Shown: positions 45,932 through 57,429 of the stretch, in pieces
Layout: the number at the start of each line of letters is the position of its first letter
How positions within the stretch are numbered: the first letter of the stretch is position 1
Assembly (NCBI GenBank): GCA_963833425.1
Contig: CAWHXP010000008.1
Coordinates: forward strand, 574,526-638,525
Length of the DNA stretch: 64,000 bases
Direction: 5' to 3'
Source of the DNA: an uncultured Methanosarcinaceae archaeon
GTDB taxonomy: Archaea; Halobacteriota; Methanosarcinia; Methanosarcinales; Methanosarcinaceae
The notes under the pieces: model-generated
What the model saw: only the letters and a program-made list of their open reading frames with translations
Database searches by the model: none
What the model was told of the DNA's origin: nothing
Program-made: the position numbers and the translations under genes

Positions 45932-46828
45932 TTGAGTTCAAGCGAACGTTCAATTAAAGATTATTTGCCTATTCTTCCTATGGGAGGACTTATCATTGCG
46001 GTCCAGATTCTTGCACTATTTTTATCCACACCCATGGAAGTTAGCGGGATGAAAACTTTTGAGGACCCAACTCAACTGTCCAACGCTGTCTATTATATGG
46101 GGTTAATATTGGTTTTCACTTTATTTGTCTTGATTGCAGTAAAGAAAAATATGAAATTTATTATCAGCTTACTCATATATTTCGCCATAATAAGCACTCT
46201 CTATTATGTATTCTATGCTCTTTTTACCCTCCTGCAGCTTCTCTCCGGGTTCGAAGCCGTTATCTCAATTATGGCATCTGTAGGAGTTACAGCGCTGCTT
46301 TACAAGTACCCTGAATGGTACTTAATCGACCTCGTAGGAGTTTGCACTGCAGGTGGAGTAAGTGCTTTGATCGGAATTTCCCTTTCAGTTATCCCTGTTG
46401 TGTGTCTCTTAATTCTCCTTGCAATTTATGATGCCATATCGGTGTACAAGACAAAGCATATGATAACCATGGCCGAGGGTATTATGGATCTAAAACTTCC
46501 CATTCTATTTGTGATTCCAAAGCACTCAAAGTATTCCTTTCTACAAGAAAACTTTAAAAGGGGAACGGAACATGAAGCTTTTTTTATGGGCCTTGGGGAT
46601 GCCATAATGCCCACGCTTCTTGTGGTCTCAGCAAGCATTTTTATGCACACCACTGGGAGAAACACATATCCAGTACTAGGAGCAATGTTGGGTACTCTTG
46701 CAGGGTTTGTAGCGCTTTTTGTTCTCGTAATGAATGGAAAACCACAAGCAGGACTTCCTTTCATGAACTCAGGAGTAATCCTTGGATTTTTTATCGGTGT
46801 TCTGCTATCTGGGGCTTCAATTACTTGA
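45932..46828 (+). CDS. Presenilin-family intramembrane aspartyl protease (PSH)
   Basis: IYDAISVYKTKHM (YD), MGLGD (GxGD), PQAGLP. Confidence 0.92.
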   Translation: MSSSERSIKDYLPILPMGGLIIAVQILALFLSTPMEVSGMKTFEDPTQLSNAVYYMGLILVFTLFVLIAVKKNMKFIISLLIYFAIISTLYYVFYALFTLLQLLSGFEAVISIMASVGVTALLYKYPEWYLIDLVGVCTAGGVSALIGISLSVIPVVCLLILLAIYDAISVYKTKHMITMAEGIMDLKLPILFVIPKHSKYSFLQENFKRGTEHEAFFMGLGDAIMPTLLVVSASIFMHTTGRNTYPVLGAMLGTLAGFVALFVLVMNGKPQAGLPFMNSGVILGFFIGVLLSGASIT

Positions 46829-46940
46829 AAGAAGAAATCTACTTAATCCAAGTTTTCATTTTTTGTATAAAATTCCGATTCCTTGTAGTTCTTTTGGCTT
46901 TTGCATAGATTTTTGTTATTTTGTAACTTTATTACTTAAT

Positions 46941-47741
46941 ATGGCTAAAAAAATTGCAGTGGTTTTTGACAGTGCTGGAACCCTCTTACATATGTACAGA
47001 GTTGCAAAAGAAGCCAGCACCGGGAATATTCTTGAAAATATAGAGAGCACTGCTATTGTCGCTCAAAAAAATGGATGTGGGCTTGTTGTTCTAAATATCG
47101 AAAGCGATATAATTCTGGGTTCGAGGAAAGATATGCCTTTGTTTGAGTTTATAAAAGAACATAGAATTTCACTAGGTATAAGTTGCTCAAAAGGAAAATT
47201 TCCCCCATCTATTGCCTACGAGATTATAGACGGAACAGCACTTTGTATGAGCGAGTTGCATGAAGTATTGGAAATGGTTACATACAGCCGCCCGAACATT
47301 TTTTATCGTGCTTCGGGATTGATAATTGACTCAGAATCAAGAGGCGTGCCCTATGTACTTAGTACAGGTGGGCAGGTATTCAGCACTACGCTACAAACTG
47401 TTAGGACTCTTCATTCGATGAAAGTGGACACTTATATAGCGTCAGGGGATGGAGTTTTCGCCCTCACTAAACTTGCTAAACTCCTAAACATTCCTCAGAA
47501 AAAAGTCTTTGCCCTTTCAAATATATTTATGAAGGAGAACTTAGTGCTTGAACTGAAAAGGAAGTACGAAAAAGTAGTTATGGTAGGTGATGGGATCAAT
47601 GACATATTGGCTCTTAGAGCAGCAGACGTAGGAATAATGACAACACAGCAAGGAGACCAAAGACCTAAAAAACTACGAGAAGCAGCAGATATGGTAATTG
47701 ATGATATTATTGAAGTTGTGGAGGTAGTGAAAAGGCTGTAA
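46941..47741 (+). CDS. HAD-superfamily hydrolase
   Basis: VVFDSAGTL, IASGD, MVGDGINDILALRAADVG. Confidence 0.88.
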   Translation: MAKKIAVVFDSAGTLLHMYRVAKEASTGNILENIESTAIVAQKNGCGLVVLNIESDIILGSRKDMPLFEFIKEHRISLGISCSKGKFPPSIAYEIIDGTALCMSELHEVLEMVTYSRPNIFYRASGLIIDSESRGVPYVLSTGGQVFSTTLQTVRTLHSMKVDTYIASGDGVFALTKLAKLLNIPQKKVFALSNIFMKENLVLELKRKYEKVVMVGDGINDILALRAADVGIMTTQQGDQRPKKLREAADMVIDDIIEVVEVVKRL

Positions 47742-47825
47742 TTAGCCTATATTGGATATAGTCATAAAGAGGATTTTGAGAAATCTCTGACATTAATTGG
47801 TTATTTATATATCATTTTTTTCCGA

Positions 47826-48412
47826 ATACCCCGCAGCTTGCTGCAGGGATGGAAACTTCCCTGGTAACCGTCGTTAAAGGACTGATTTATATCCTGAATC
47901 ACCTTTTGCTGTAGATGGAGTTATGACGTGCAAATCATTGTGTCGATAAATTCGATATCATATGTTTTTTTTTTGCATGAAATTTCATAAAAACATTTTA
48001 AATTAGGACGCAGTTAATTTTTTAAAAAATTATGCTCTGAGATTCGCGAAAGATACTTATTTGAATTTGATGCAATTGCTCGATGGTAATCAAGTACATC
48101 TTTTTTGTTGGGCCGAGCCAAAGTACTCTCTTCCAGAGTGATGCAGATTATTAGAAACATACCACCCATACAAATCTTCAAAGAGTGCCCTGAAAATCAA
48201 AAAACAGCATTGCGGTAGAGAACTATAGAGTGATGGGGGATTTATTGGAACAGTAGGAGAAGGAACTACTTGCGTTATTATAAAAAATTGTGTTCGGAAT
48301 AATGGAGATCAGGAAGAAAAACATGCAGATAGACAAATGAAAAAATAACTTTCAGCAAAAAACTCTATCTTTAACGCTGGCGCGAACATACCCGTTGATT
48401 TCAACGGAGTGC
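47826..48412 (+). mobile_element. Degraded IS200-family tnpA element
   Basis: Terminal hairpins CCCGCAGCTTGCTGCAGGG and CCGTTGATTTCAACGG; ERYLFEFDAI, QVHLFVG (HUH region), SDGGFIGTVG; many disruptions. Confidence 0.75.
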
Positions 48413-48693
48413 TCCAGCACAATTTTGATTGAAATTCGCTATGTAAATCAAAATAATATTAATGGAGCAAGTCTCCAATAATTCTAATCTTTAATGTTAA
48501 CAGTGGAAAAATAATACGGTATATTTATGTAATGTTTCTTCTCATGTAGTTGTTGCTCAAATGGGTGAAATTTATTATTTATATAGCACATTATTTACTG
48601 AATTCATAGCTTTTCACTTTCAACGATATGCTCAAACAGGCAAGAAGGAACCACCACAAAGTTAATTGCAGCTCACAATTTGGAGGAGAATTA

Positions 48694-50307
48694 ATGCCAG
48701 TGTTCATTGAAATTAAGAATTTAAGTGTAGAATTTGACGGTCTTAAAGCGCTGAAAAATTTAAATTTAAGCATCAATGAAGCGGAAATAGTTGGAGTTTT
48801 GGGAAAAAGTGGGTCAGGAAAAACAATCCTAATGCATGTGTTGCGTGGGACTGAATCTTATCAAAATATCTCAGGTGAAGTAATTTACCATCTTGCCCGC
48901 TGCAAGAAGTGCGGATACATAGAACGCCCAAGTCTGAAGAACCAGAAGTGCCCGGTTTGTGGAGAGATACTCGAAGCTTTTGAAGCTGATTTTATAAAAC
49001 TTTCCCTTTATGATCCGATAAGGAAAGATATTACTAAAAGAATTGCAATCATGCTTCAGCGTTCCTTTGCTCTTTATGGCGACGAAAGAGTTATTGTAAA
49101 TGTTATTAACTCCCTACATGAGATTGGGTATCAGGAACAGAATTCCATAAAAAAGGCAGTTGAATTGCTAGAGGAAGTAAATCTGGGTCACCGAATGATG
49201 CATGTTGCAAGAGAACTTTCAGGTGGAGAAAAGCAGAGGGTTGTACTTGCGAGACAGCTTGTAAGAAATCCCTTGCTTTTGTTAGCCGACGAGCCCACAG
49301 GTACCCTCGACCCAATGACTGCAAAGTTAGTACATGATGCAATTATTAAAGCAGTTAGAAATTACAATATGAGCATGGTCTTTACATCCCACTGGCCTGA
49401 GGTCATCGAGAATCTAGCAGATAAGGCGATTCTCCTCGAAAACGGAGAGATCGTTCAGGAAGGGAACTCTCTTGAGGTCTCTGCAGTTTTTATGAAGAGC
49501 ATATGCATGGTGAGACAAGAAAAGAATACCATGATCGGAGAGCCTATAATTCGAGTAAAGGACCTCTCTAAACGTTATATTTCGGTAGATCGTGGTGTAG
49601 TAAGAGCTGTAGACAAAATATCTTTTGATGTTAAAGAAGGAGAGATCTTTGGGCTAGTCGGTGTTAGCGGAGCAGGCAAGACTACCACCTCGAAGATTCT
49701 GATGGGAATTTTACAACCTACATCTGGAGAAGTTGAGGTTCGAGTTGGAGATGAATGGGTTGATATGACAAAACTAGGTGTTAAAAATAAAGGACGGGCG
49801 ACTAAATATATGGGATTCCTACACCAAGAATATGGTCTCTACACTCAAAGCTCCGTAGTAGATAACCTCACTGAATCGATCAGCTTGGACTTACCTTTTG
49901 AACTTGGTGTCAAAAAAGCTTTAATCACCCTCAAAGCTGCAGGCTTTGAGGAAGAAAAAGCAAAAGCTATTTTACCCAAAATGACTGATGAAACAAGTGA
50001 AGGAGAGCGGCATAGAATTGCACTTGCTCAGGTTCTTATAAAGGAACCGAGAATCGTGATAATGGATGAACCTACAGGGACAATGGATCCAATTACTAAG
50101 ATATCTGTAGCAACCTCGATTCTTAAAGCTAGAGAAGAAATTGGGGAAACCTTTGTTATAGTTTCGCACGATATGGATTTTATAAACGAGATATGTGACC
50201 GTGTAGCACTCATGCGGGAAGGGAAGATTGTAGATATAGGGAAACCGAAGAATGTACTTTCACAGCTTACTGAAGAAGAATGGATCAAAGCTGCAGAAGA
50301 ACTATAA
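48694..50307 (+). CDS. atwA: Methyl-coenzyme M reductase system component A2
   Basis: Two ABC domains ([16 protein letters not shown]), CKKC/CPVC Zn motif, [21 protein letters not shown]. Confidence 0.95.
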   Translation: MPVFIEIKNLSVEFDGLKALKNLNLSINEAEIVGVLGKSGSGKTILMHVLRGTESYQNISGEVIYHLARCKKCGYIERPSLKNQKCPVCGEILEAFEADFIKLSLYDPIRKDITKRIAIMLQRSFALYGDERVIVNVINSLHEIGYQEQNSIKKAVELLEEVNLGHRMMHVARELSGGEKQRVVLARQLVRNPLLLLADEPTGTLDPMTAKLVHDAIIKAVRNYNMSMVFTSHWPEVIENLADKAILLENGEIVQEGNSLEVSAVFMKSICMVRQEKNTMIGEPIIRVKDLSKRYISVDRGVVRAVDKISFDVKEGEIFGLVGVSGAGKTTTSKILMGILQPTSGEVEVRVGDEWVDMTKLGVKNKGRATKYMGFLHQEYGLYTQSSVVDNLTESISLDLPFELGVKKALITLKAAGFEEEKAKAILPKMTDETSEGERHRIALAQVLIKEPRIVIMDEPTGTMDPITKISVATSILKAREEIGETFVIVSHDMDFINEICDRVALMREGKIVDIGKPKNVLSQLTEEEWIKAAEEL

Positions 50308-50349
50308 ATATTCTGCCACCTTTTTGTACGAGAAAAATACTAAAATGAG

Positions 50350-51900
50350 GTGCTGATTACGAGTGATGATATCAGCGTAGAGGTGAACGGTCAAAAATAT
50401 ACTTTGCCTGCAGGCTCTACCCTTGGAGATGTCCTTAAAATTTCCAGAGCTCCCTACATAGCTGGTACAGCAATTGTTATTTTGAAAGACACTGCTGAGA
50501 AAAGGATGGAGACAATCACCGAATACGCTATCAGTACTCCTAAGGGAGAATTCAAGATAGGACTTAAAAAGCATAAGTCTCCCTCAGGAAAATTATGGGC
50601 TGAGCATTTTAAAGAATATGAAGGAAAACCTGTCCATTGGGCCAGTCCTGAAGCTCTGGCTCTCGGGCCTTTTGAGGCTAATATTAAGCCTTCTCACGAA
50701 ATCAAAAGCTTTGAAACATTTGATGTTCTTTTCGGTGCTGGAGGTTTTGACCCTAGTAATACGCATCTGATATTTTCAAGAAAAAGGCATACTGCAGAGT
50801 ATGGCACTCCCAAGGACAGCGTTTTTGCTGAAGTTGTTACTGGTAGAAAAATTTTGTTCAGACTTTCGAGAGGGGATAGCATTTTAAATATTAAGCCTAT
50901 TATAGAAAGTGAACAACTCTCAAAAAAAGCAAACACTACTGACCTTTCTACACTTCTTGAAAATGGGAATGGGATATTTACTTATCTTGAGTCTGAACTT
51001 TCCAGAAACTCTCCTATAGGTGCAGAACAATTTTATGCCCTGACTCGTGAAGGGACACTTAGCGTAGATGTGTCTACTAGCTCATTTATCTCGGATGATA
51101 GACTTAAAGGAGAACCTGTTCCATACGAAAATTTTGAGCCGAGAAGCGATGGTGCCATTTCTATCCGCACAGTGGGATACGGAGCAGGCAGGACTTATAT
51201 CTCCAAAGAAGAACGGCCTTCAAGTCTTGTACATTCAGTTGTTGGACATGTAACTAAAGGACTTGAACTCATAAAGCTAGCAGAAGCGGGCCAGAAAATA
51301 TCAGTTGAAAGTATCCCTCCCCAGATAGTACTCCTTGGGCATAGTTTTGAAGAGATAGATCCCGCACTTTCCTCCATAGGAATCGAATTAGTAAAGGCCG
51401 GATATACTGGAAAGGATGCTGTAATTGTCAGCCATGAACCATCCACAACGCTGGAAATTCTTGGAGAAGCTAAAGTAACTGCTTATGCGGTGTCCAAGGC
51501 AAAACTTATTGAAATTAAACTTTACCCTGAGAAAGCGCCTAAATCTGTGGACTTCTTCCGTCATTCGCTCGGACTTAAGACAAAAAAAGTTGGGAAATTG
51601 CCTATCTACATGGTATATGATAATACTTATTTATTCAAAACTGAAAAAGAAACCGTGAAATATAAAGAAATCCTCCCAGAGAATACGCCAATGAACAAAA
51701 TACTTGCTGGTGAGATCGGGATCACAAACCAGGCAGCAAAGAGGATGGGGACTATAGGGGTCAAACTCGTAGATGATGATCTTTTCGGCCCAACTGGAGA
51801 AAAATTTTCATCAACAAACCTTATAGGTCGGATCATCGAGCCTTCGAAGCTTAAAGATATCGCAGAAGGAGACGCGATATACGTAAGTGAAGTATTATGA
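50350..51900 (+). CDS. Methanogenesis marker protein 3
   Basis: AISIRTVGYGAGRTYI, KAPKSVDFFR, DLFGPTGEKFSSTNLIG; synteny with atwA; exact start uncertain. Confidence 0.9.
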   Translation: MLITSDDISVEVNGQKYTLPAGSTLGDVLKISRAPYIAGTAIVILKDTAEKRMETITEYAISTPKGEFKIGLKKHKSPSGKLWAEHFKEYEGKPVHWASPEALALGPFEANIKPSHEIKSFETFDVLFGAGGFDPSNTHLIFSRKRHTAEYGTPKDSVFAEVVTGRKILFRLSRGDSILNIKPIIESEQLSKKANTTDLSTLLENGNGIFTYLESELSRNSPIGAEQFYALTREGTLSVDVSTSSFISDDRLKGEPVPYENFEPRSDGAISIRTVGYGAGRTYISKEERPSSLVHSVVGHVTKGLELIKLAEAGQKISVESIPPQIVLLGHSFEEIDPALSSIGIELVKAGYTGKDAVIVSHEPSTTLEILGEAKVTAYAVSKAKLIEIKLYPEKAPKSVDFFRHSLGLKTKKVGKLPIYMVYDNTYLFKTEKETVKYKEILPENTPMNKILAGEIGITNQAAKRMGTIGVKLVDDDLFGPTGEKFSSTNLIGRIIEPSKLKDIAEGDAIYVSEVL

Positions 51901-52199
51901 ATGTGAACTGAAATATATGTTAAGAAAATGATAATGAATGTAAGACGATGAGATAATAGCTAATCTAATAAATAATAACTGTAATGTATGAAAAATAATA
52001 TTCACACTTTATTGTAATAATGGAAGAAAGGATAAATTAAAAACTAACAAATAAACTGGCTGCTAATGTGTGAAAAGCTTGCTAATGAGTAAGTTAATTC
52101 GTTGTAAGTTGCTTGCTAGATATCACGTGGTGCTTAAAAAGATTCGTAGTATGGATCCATCGCTTTTCAAGTTTCCCGTTGCTGAGGAGAAACAAAAAA

Positions 52200-52643
52200 A
52201 TGACGGAAACAAAAAATGAAACGGTTACAAAGTACATTGTAATCAGTTCAGATAAAGTGCTGCCATCAGATGCAGCTATGAAGATCTATGAATCGGAGTT
52301 CTCGGTTACGGTGAAAGAGACCTGTTTTGGACTTATAGTAACAGGACCGAAGGAGGAGGTCCAAACAGTGATCGAAAAAATCAGGCAGTTGGATAAAAAT
52401 CATATTTTTATAAAAGATAGAGGATTTCCTGCAGGAGATGGAAGGCGTTGTCGTGCAACCCTTGGAGGGGGACCACGGCCGGGATTTCATTTCCTTAGAG
52501 AAGAAGTTAAGATGCTCCCTTCCATAGGAGCTGCACTTGACGAATTGGATGAAAAAGCACCTGCAAGAGAACAACTTAAGGAGAAATCCAGGATTAAAGT
52601 TTCCGTTTTGGAAAAAATTATTGAAGAGGAGCTTGAGAGGTGA
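52200..52643 (+). CDS. Methanogenesis marker protein 6
   Basis: VKETCFG, IFIKDRGFPAGDGRRCRATLGGGPRPGFH. Confidence 0.9.
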   Translation: MTETKNETVTKYIVISSDKVLPSDAAMKIYESEFSVTVKETCFGLIVTGPKEEVQTVIEKIRQLDKNHIFIKDRGFPAGDGRRCRATLGGGPRPGFHFLREEVKMLPSIGAALDELDEKAPAREQLKEKSRIKVSVLEKIIEEELER

Positions 52644-52647
52644 GTTT

Positions 52648-53157
52648 TTGGCAAAGGTTTTCATTTATCCTGTAAATAGTCTTATTTTGGCTGACCTTAT
52701 TGAACGCTTCGGACACAAGCCCCTTGTCATCATGAATCAAATAAGAGAAAAGGTTACAAATATAAGCTTGGATTCTCCCCCAATAAATATCACTCCTGAG
52801 GATCCTAAATTAGGACTTCGATATGCTGCAATTGAAGTTCCTCCAGGAGTAAGAGGCAGGATGGCTCTAATAGGGCCCCTTATAGAAGATGCAGAAGCTT
52901 CAATAGTAGTCGAAAACCCACCTACAAACTTCGGTTGCGTGGGCTGTAACCGTACTAATGAACTGATGAAATATTTGATTCGCTCGAAAGGGATACCGGT
53001 TCTAGAGGTAAAGTATCCGGAGTCAGATGAGGGAGCTCATGACTTCGTGAGTAAAATAATAGAATTCCTGAAATCACTGCCTAGAGAAAAGTTGGGAGAT
53101 GAAGAAAAAGTAACAGATGAAGAACCTTCAAAAAGGAGACCGAAAAATGAGTTCTGA
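52648..53157 (+). CDS. Methanogenesis marker protein 5
   Basis: [43 protein letters not shown]. Confidence 0.9.
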   Translation: MAKVFIYPVNSLILADLIERFGHKPLVIMNQIREKVTNISLDSPPINITPEDPKLGLRYAAIEVPPGVRGRMALIGPLIEDAEASIVVENPPTNFGCVGCNRTNELMKYLIRSKGIPVLEVKYPESDEGAHDFVSKIIEFLKSLPREKLGDEEKVTDEEPSKRRPKNEF

Positions 53158-54394
53158 AGAATTGGGCCCTGTTAAGATTGCCCTTGTATCCTGTGGTTCT
53201 GAGTATTCAGGCGTTCAGCCTGAGTTTGAATCTGCTGCAGAGAAGGTGAATGCAAAGTTCGTTTACCCTGAGATTGACATCGCATCCATGGATACAATAG
53301 GTAGGGATTTCGGTCTTGAGGTTGCAAGCGGAGACCTCAGACTCATGATGGCACGTGCAAAGGCTGTTGTTGAGGGCACAACCACTGTAGACGGAGTTTT
53401 CATTACCACATGTTTCCGCTGTGCCGAAGGGGCCATTGTCCGAAATGAGGTCAGAAGGTACATCCATAAGAACTCAAGAATCCCGGTGATTAGTTATTCG
53501 TTTACCGAACGCACCAGTGCAGGCACCTTACTTACCCGTCTGGAAGCTCTGACAACTATTGTCAGGCGCAAGCATCTTCTTACAAGGGAAATTCAGTCAG
53601 GACTGACTGCGGGGATAGACTCAGGGTCAACAACTACAAAAGCAGTGGTTATGAAAGATAATGAAATTATAGGCAAAGGCTGGGTGCCCACAACTAAAGT
53701 TATTGAAAGCGCAGAAGAAGCATATTCTCTTGCTCTGAAAGAAGCTGGGGTTTCCCTAGAAGAAATCCAGGCCCTGGGCACTACTGGATATGGACGTTTC
53801 CTAGTAGGAAACCATTTCAAAGCACAAATTGTCCAGGAAGAAATCACCGTTAACTCTAAAGGAGCTGTTTATCTTGCGAATAGGCAGAGAGGCTCTGCAA
53901 CAGTTATTGATATAGGTGGTATGGACAATAAAGCAATATCAGTTGAGGATGGTATTCCTGGAATGTTCACAATGGGAGGTATATGTGCCGGAGCTTCAGG
54001 ACGTTTCTTTGAAATGATCTCAAAGCGTCTTGGCGTAGATATTGCTGATTTTGGAGCTATGGCAGTCAAAGGAATGCAAGAAAATGTATTTATGAATAGT
54101 TACTGTATAGTTTTCGGAATACAATCTCTTGTAAATTCTCTTGCCAAAGGAGCTACTCCAGAAGATGTGGCGGCTGCAGCCTGCTATAGTGTTGTAGAAC
54201 AGATCTACGAGCAGCAACTGCAGGAAGTAGATGTAAGAGAGCCATTAATTCTTGTAGGCGGATCTTCTCTAATAGAAGGAGTTCCAAAAGCTCTCACAAA
54301 GCTCCTTAAGCTCAATGTTATTGTGCCGAAAAATTCTCACTTAATAGGAGCTGTAGGGGCAGCTTTACTTGCTTCTGGCTTTGTGGATGAGTGA
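53147..54394 (+). CDS. Methanogenesis marker protein 15 (ASKHA/activase-like ATPase)
   Basis: [43 protein letters not shown]. Confidence 0.92.
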   Translation: MSSEELGPVKIALVSCGSEYSGVQPEFESAAEKVNAKFVYPEIDIASMDTIGRDFGLEVASGDLRLMMARAKAVVEGTTTVDGVFITTCFRCAEGAIVRNEVRRYIHKNSRIPVISYSFTERTSAGTLLTRLEALTTIVRRKHLLTREIQSGLTAGIDSGSTTTKAVVMKDNEIIGKGWVPTTKVIESAEEAYSLALKEAGVSLEEIQALGTTGYGRFLVGNHFKAQIVQEEITVNSKGAVYLANRQRGSATVIDIGGMDNKAISVEDGIPGMFTMGGICAGASGRFFEMISKRLGVDIADFGAMAVKGMQENVFMNSYCIVFGIQSLVNSLAKGATPEDVAAAACYSVVEQIYEQQLQEVDVREPLILVGGSSLIEGVPKALTKLLKLNVIVPKNSHLIGAVGAALLASGFVDE

Positions 54395-54401
54395 GAAACA
54401 A

Positions 54402-55001
54402 ATGGATTCTCTTGAGATCTTTGTTGTAGATTCAGTAATCGCCTCGGAGCAGGAGTTTTACAGGAAAATTGTCGAGGATAACCTTGCAAGTCTAAAGCTT
54501 GCTCCGGCAATAGGAAGGATAAAGGTCATGTTAAGACCTGAAGATTCTCTTTTTCAAATGGCAATAATCCTCAGGGACGTCAGCAGTAAGGTTAAGATGA
54601 TTGATATTGCCGACGTAGAATCAAAATCATTTGCCAAGAAGATAATAATTTCGATCAAAAAGGAGCAGTATATTCCTGAGCTGTTAGAGAAACTGTGGGA
54701 ACTTTATGGAAAATCGAACATCAGCCAGCCTGACCGCTGGACTGTAGCTATAAGTACGGATGGGTCAGAGAAAGAAGTGGCTTTTATTAAAGAAATGGTG
54801 GTTGCGGATCCAAGGCACAGGATCCACGAAAATCTGGTCGATTTTGCAATTCGAATCACTCCTGAAGGTTTTAGAGTACGCTACCATCTATATAGAGGTA
54901 ATTGTTTTATTTTTGTAGCGTCCGAGGAAGCATTAAAAAATGAATGGATCGCTGAGGCAAAAGAAATGCTCGAAGAATTAACGGGAGCAGGCGAAAAATA
55001 A
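54402..55001 (+). CDS. Methanogenesis marker protein 17
   Basis: YIPELLEKLW, RITPEGFRVR, FVASEE; synteny. Confidence 0.88.
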   Translation: MDSLEIFVVDSVIASEQEFYRKIVEDNLASLKLAPAIGRIKVMLRPEDSLFQMAIILRDVSSKVKMIDIADVESKSFAKKIIISIKKEQYIPELLEKLWELYGKSNISQPDRWTVAISTDGSEKEVAFIKEMVVADPRHRIHENLVDFAIRITPEGFRVRYHLYRGNCFIFVASEEALKNEWIAEAKEMLEELTGAGEK

Positions 55002-55002
55002 G

Positions 55003-55935
55003 ATGGCTGCACTTACTCCTTATCTTTACACCGGTGGTGTCCACAAACATGGGCTTTTAATCGAACTACTGGAAGATCTAGGTGGCTATCTAATCCAGAA
55101 AGTGGTTACTGGGATTGAAGTCAACCTTCTGATGCTTATTCCTAAAAAGGATGTTCCAATTGTAAAAAAGCAATCTGATGAACTTCTTGGAATCTTTATA
55201 GAAGCTCCCCTTACATGCGTAGAGATTGCAATTGTTTCGCCGACTCTTGCCTCTCACCACCTTCCGCATTCAGCATGTGATGTAGCGGAATCCCTTCGCA
55301 GTCATGGAGCTAACACAAATATGATAGGTCTTGCCAGAGGTATGGGACGAAGGGTATCCCTATCTATGGACTATGAAAGAAAACTTATCAATGAACATGA
55401 TATTGCGGTATTCACATTCGGAGCCTTCAGTGACTGCATTATTAATAAGAAGCCAAAACTCTTCGAAGGTATCGAAATACCTATTGTTGTGACAGGCGGG
55501 CCAGATCTAAAAACTGAGGATATTCCTGGAGCAGATCTTTATGTTGGAAATATCGGAAGGACATCTCATAGATTAAGGAAAGCAGAAGAAGTTAATGCCC
55601 TTGACAAACTTAGTAAAGAGATTGGAAAAATAGCTGATGATATTCGGGAACACCAGTCAAAAGATCAACTCTCAGTTATTCCTGTCAAAGTCATGACAGA
55701 GATCGAAAATCAGTTCCCTGAGATCCACAGTGTGCTTTCTCCTGCTCCGCTCACCCTTCAGCTTGATGGGATCCGGGTCAAACTACCGTATGATGAATTT
55801 CATGAAAAAGTCGAACATATTGAATTTGATGAAAGTGTTGTCCTTTCTGAGCTTGCGAATATTTCAAGGTCAAAAATGAAAAATTATATATTGATAAAGA
55901 TCAAATCTAAGTCTGAAGTTGGTTTTGCAATTTAA
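55003..55935 (+). CDS. Methanogenesis marker protein 7
   Basis: YTGGVHK..LIELLEDLGG, HHLPHSACDVAE, TNMIGLARGMG. Confidence 0.9.
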   Translation: MAALTPYLYTGGVHKHGLLIELLEDLGGYLIQKVVTGIEVNLLMLIPKKDVPIVKKQSDELLGIFIEAPLTCVEIAIVSPTLASHHLPHSACDVAESLRSHGANTNMIGLARGMGRRVSLSMDYERKLINEHDIAVFTFGAFSDCIINKKPKLFEGIEIPIVVTGGPDLKTEDIPGADLYVGNIGRTSHRLRKAEEVNALDKLSKEIGKIADDIREHQSKDQLSVIPVKVMTEIENQFPEIHSVLSPAPLTLQLDGIRVKLPYDEFHEKVEHIEFDESVVLSELANISRSKMKNYILIKIKSKSEVGFAI

Positions 55936-56072
55936 CCCGTGTTCTATTAAGCTAGAAGTTATATTTCAAATTTTTACTGGTTTAGTGACCTTTCACTAAT
56001 CCTTGTATGGTAAAGTTTACCCGAAAAACGGAGTTGGAATTCGTTTCCACGTTGTGTATACGGTGATTTTTT

Positions 56073-56564
56073 ATGAAACTTGAGGATATTGTGGAAATTT
56101 TGAAAAATTCTCCGGAAAAAGCCGTCCCAGAACTTCTTGAGGATGTTCGGAAGCAGTATGGAGAGATCCCTTATATTACAAACTTTATGAAAGATTTCCC
56201 TGAAATATTTATCCCGAAAACAATGTATGATAACTCCATCATGAGAGGATTTCAGAGTCTCGATCCGGATGTAGTTGAACTTATTTCCATAGGCGTGGCT
56301 TCTGCCCTTCGCTGTGACCATTGCCTCAAAATGCATATTAGAGTTGCAAGAAGAAGAGGGATTAATAAAGTGAGTATATTTTATGCAATAATGATAGGAG
56401 CGTCTCTTTCAAATGCTGCAGTGCTTGCAGATAGTACTAGAGCCCTTGCATCCGAATTTCCGAGTGAAGAAAAAAGAATTGAGGATGAAAGGGGAGAAAA
56501 TGCAGGCCATTTCTGTAATTCGAGCTGTGGGATATGCAATATATCGAAAGATATTCTTAAGTAA
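56073..56564 (+). CDS. Carboxymuconolactone decarboxylase/AhpD-family protein
   Basis: ELISIGVASALRCDHCLKMH (CxxC). Confidence 0.88.
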   Translation: MKLEDIVEILKNSPEKAVPELLEDVRKQYGEIPYITNFMKDFPEIFIPKTMYDNSIMRGFQSLDPDVVELISIGVASALRCDHCLKMHIRVARRRGINKVSIFYAIMIGASLSNAAVLADSTRALASEFPSEEKRIEDERGENAGHFCNSSCGICNISKDILK

Positions 56565-56600
56565 GCAGATTAATTAGTAAATAGTTAAGTTCAATTTCTA

Positions 56601-56767
56601 GTTAATGCCCATAAATAGTTGAAAATCATAATCAAAAACTTTTCCTACTATACTCATTTTAATCTTTGATCATTAATCAAGATTTGGTCAATGCCCTTAA
56701 ATCGTTGAAAATCGTAATCAAAAACTCATCCCACTATACTCATTTTAATTTTTGATCATTCATCAAG
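56601..56767 (+). repeat. Tandem duplication, 86-bp period, 2 copies
   Basis: AATGCCC.TAAAT.GTTGAAAATC.TAATCAAAAACT...CTATACTCATTTTAAT.TTTGATCATT.ATCAAG at 56601 and 56687. Confidence 0.85.
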
Positions 56768-57429
56768 GACACGACTAATTTTATTAATTTTGTAAATTTA
56801 TTTTATCATGATCCGATTTTATTTTTCAAAGATGTCCCCTTGATAGAAGTTGATATAATTTATTAAATATAATTTATTAAATATCAGTTATTAAAATATC
56901 ACTCATCAATATTCGTTGTGTGTCCAAAAAAATAAAGATGAAACCTATTCCACTTTCAGAAGAACAAAATCTTACTTCGCTAAGTTATAAATAAGTCATA
57001 CTCTTCCTTTTTATAGTCGATACAAACATTGTACACTATAATATTATGAAAAACGTAATAATTTATGCATACTGTTACTTTTTACGAATATTTATCTTTT
57101 TTGAGCTTTGCACCTAAAGTCTCATTTTTACCTGACTTTATGTGCAGACATAAGACTTTAGGAGCAAAATAAACTTCTAATTGCACGAGGTATGTCCTAA
57201 TTTTTTGCAAGATCCAAGTTCTACTTTACGTACTAGTATTTAAACTGTACCATCCCGCAGACTACATAAACCAAAAACTTAATATTTATATCAAAAACAG
57301 AAGCTACAGCTCTTTCATACAATTCCAGTGACATCTTGCATAGCATAAAAGGAATAACATATTAATTATTTTATGAGATTGATGTTAATTAATTTTCGAC
57401 ATTAGTGAACTATAACTGCAAACAATGGA

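Noticed and set aside
50344..50362. Non-canonical start of marker 3 (GAGGTG then CTG ATT ACG)
   Set aside because: GTG 50350 is an adequate start; cannot be resolved from sequence alone.
56601..56767. Possible CRISPR array
   Set aside because: Only two contiguous units with no unique spacers; no repeat-spacer array was seen anywhere in the window.
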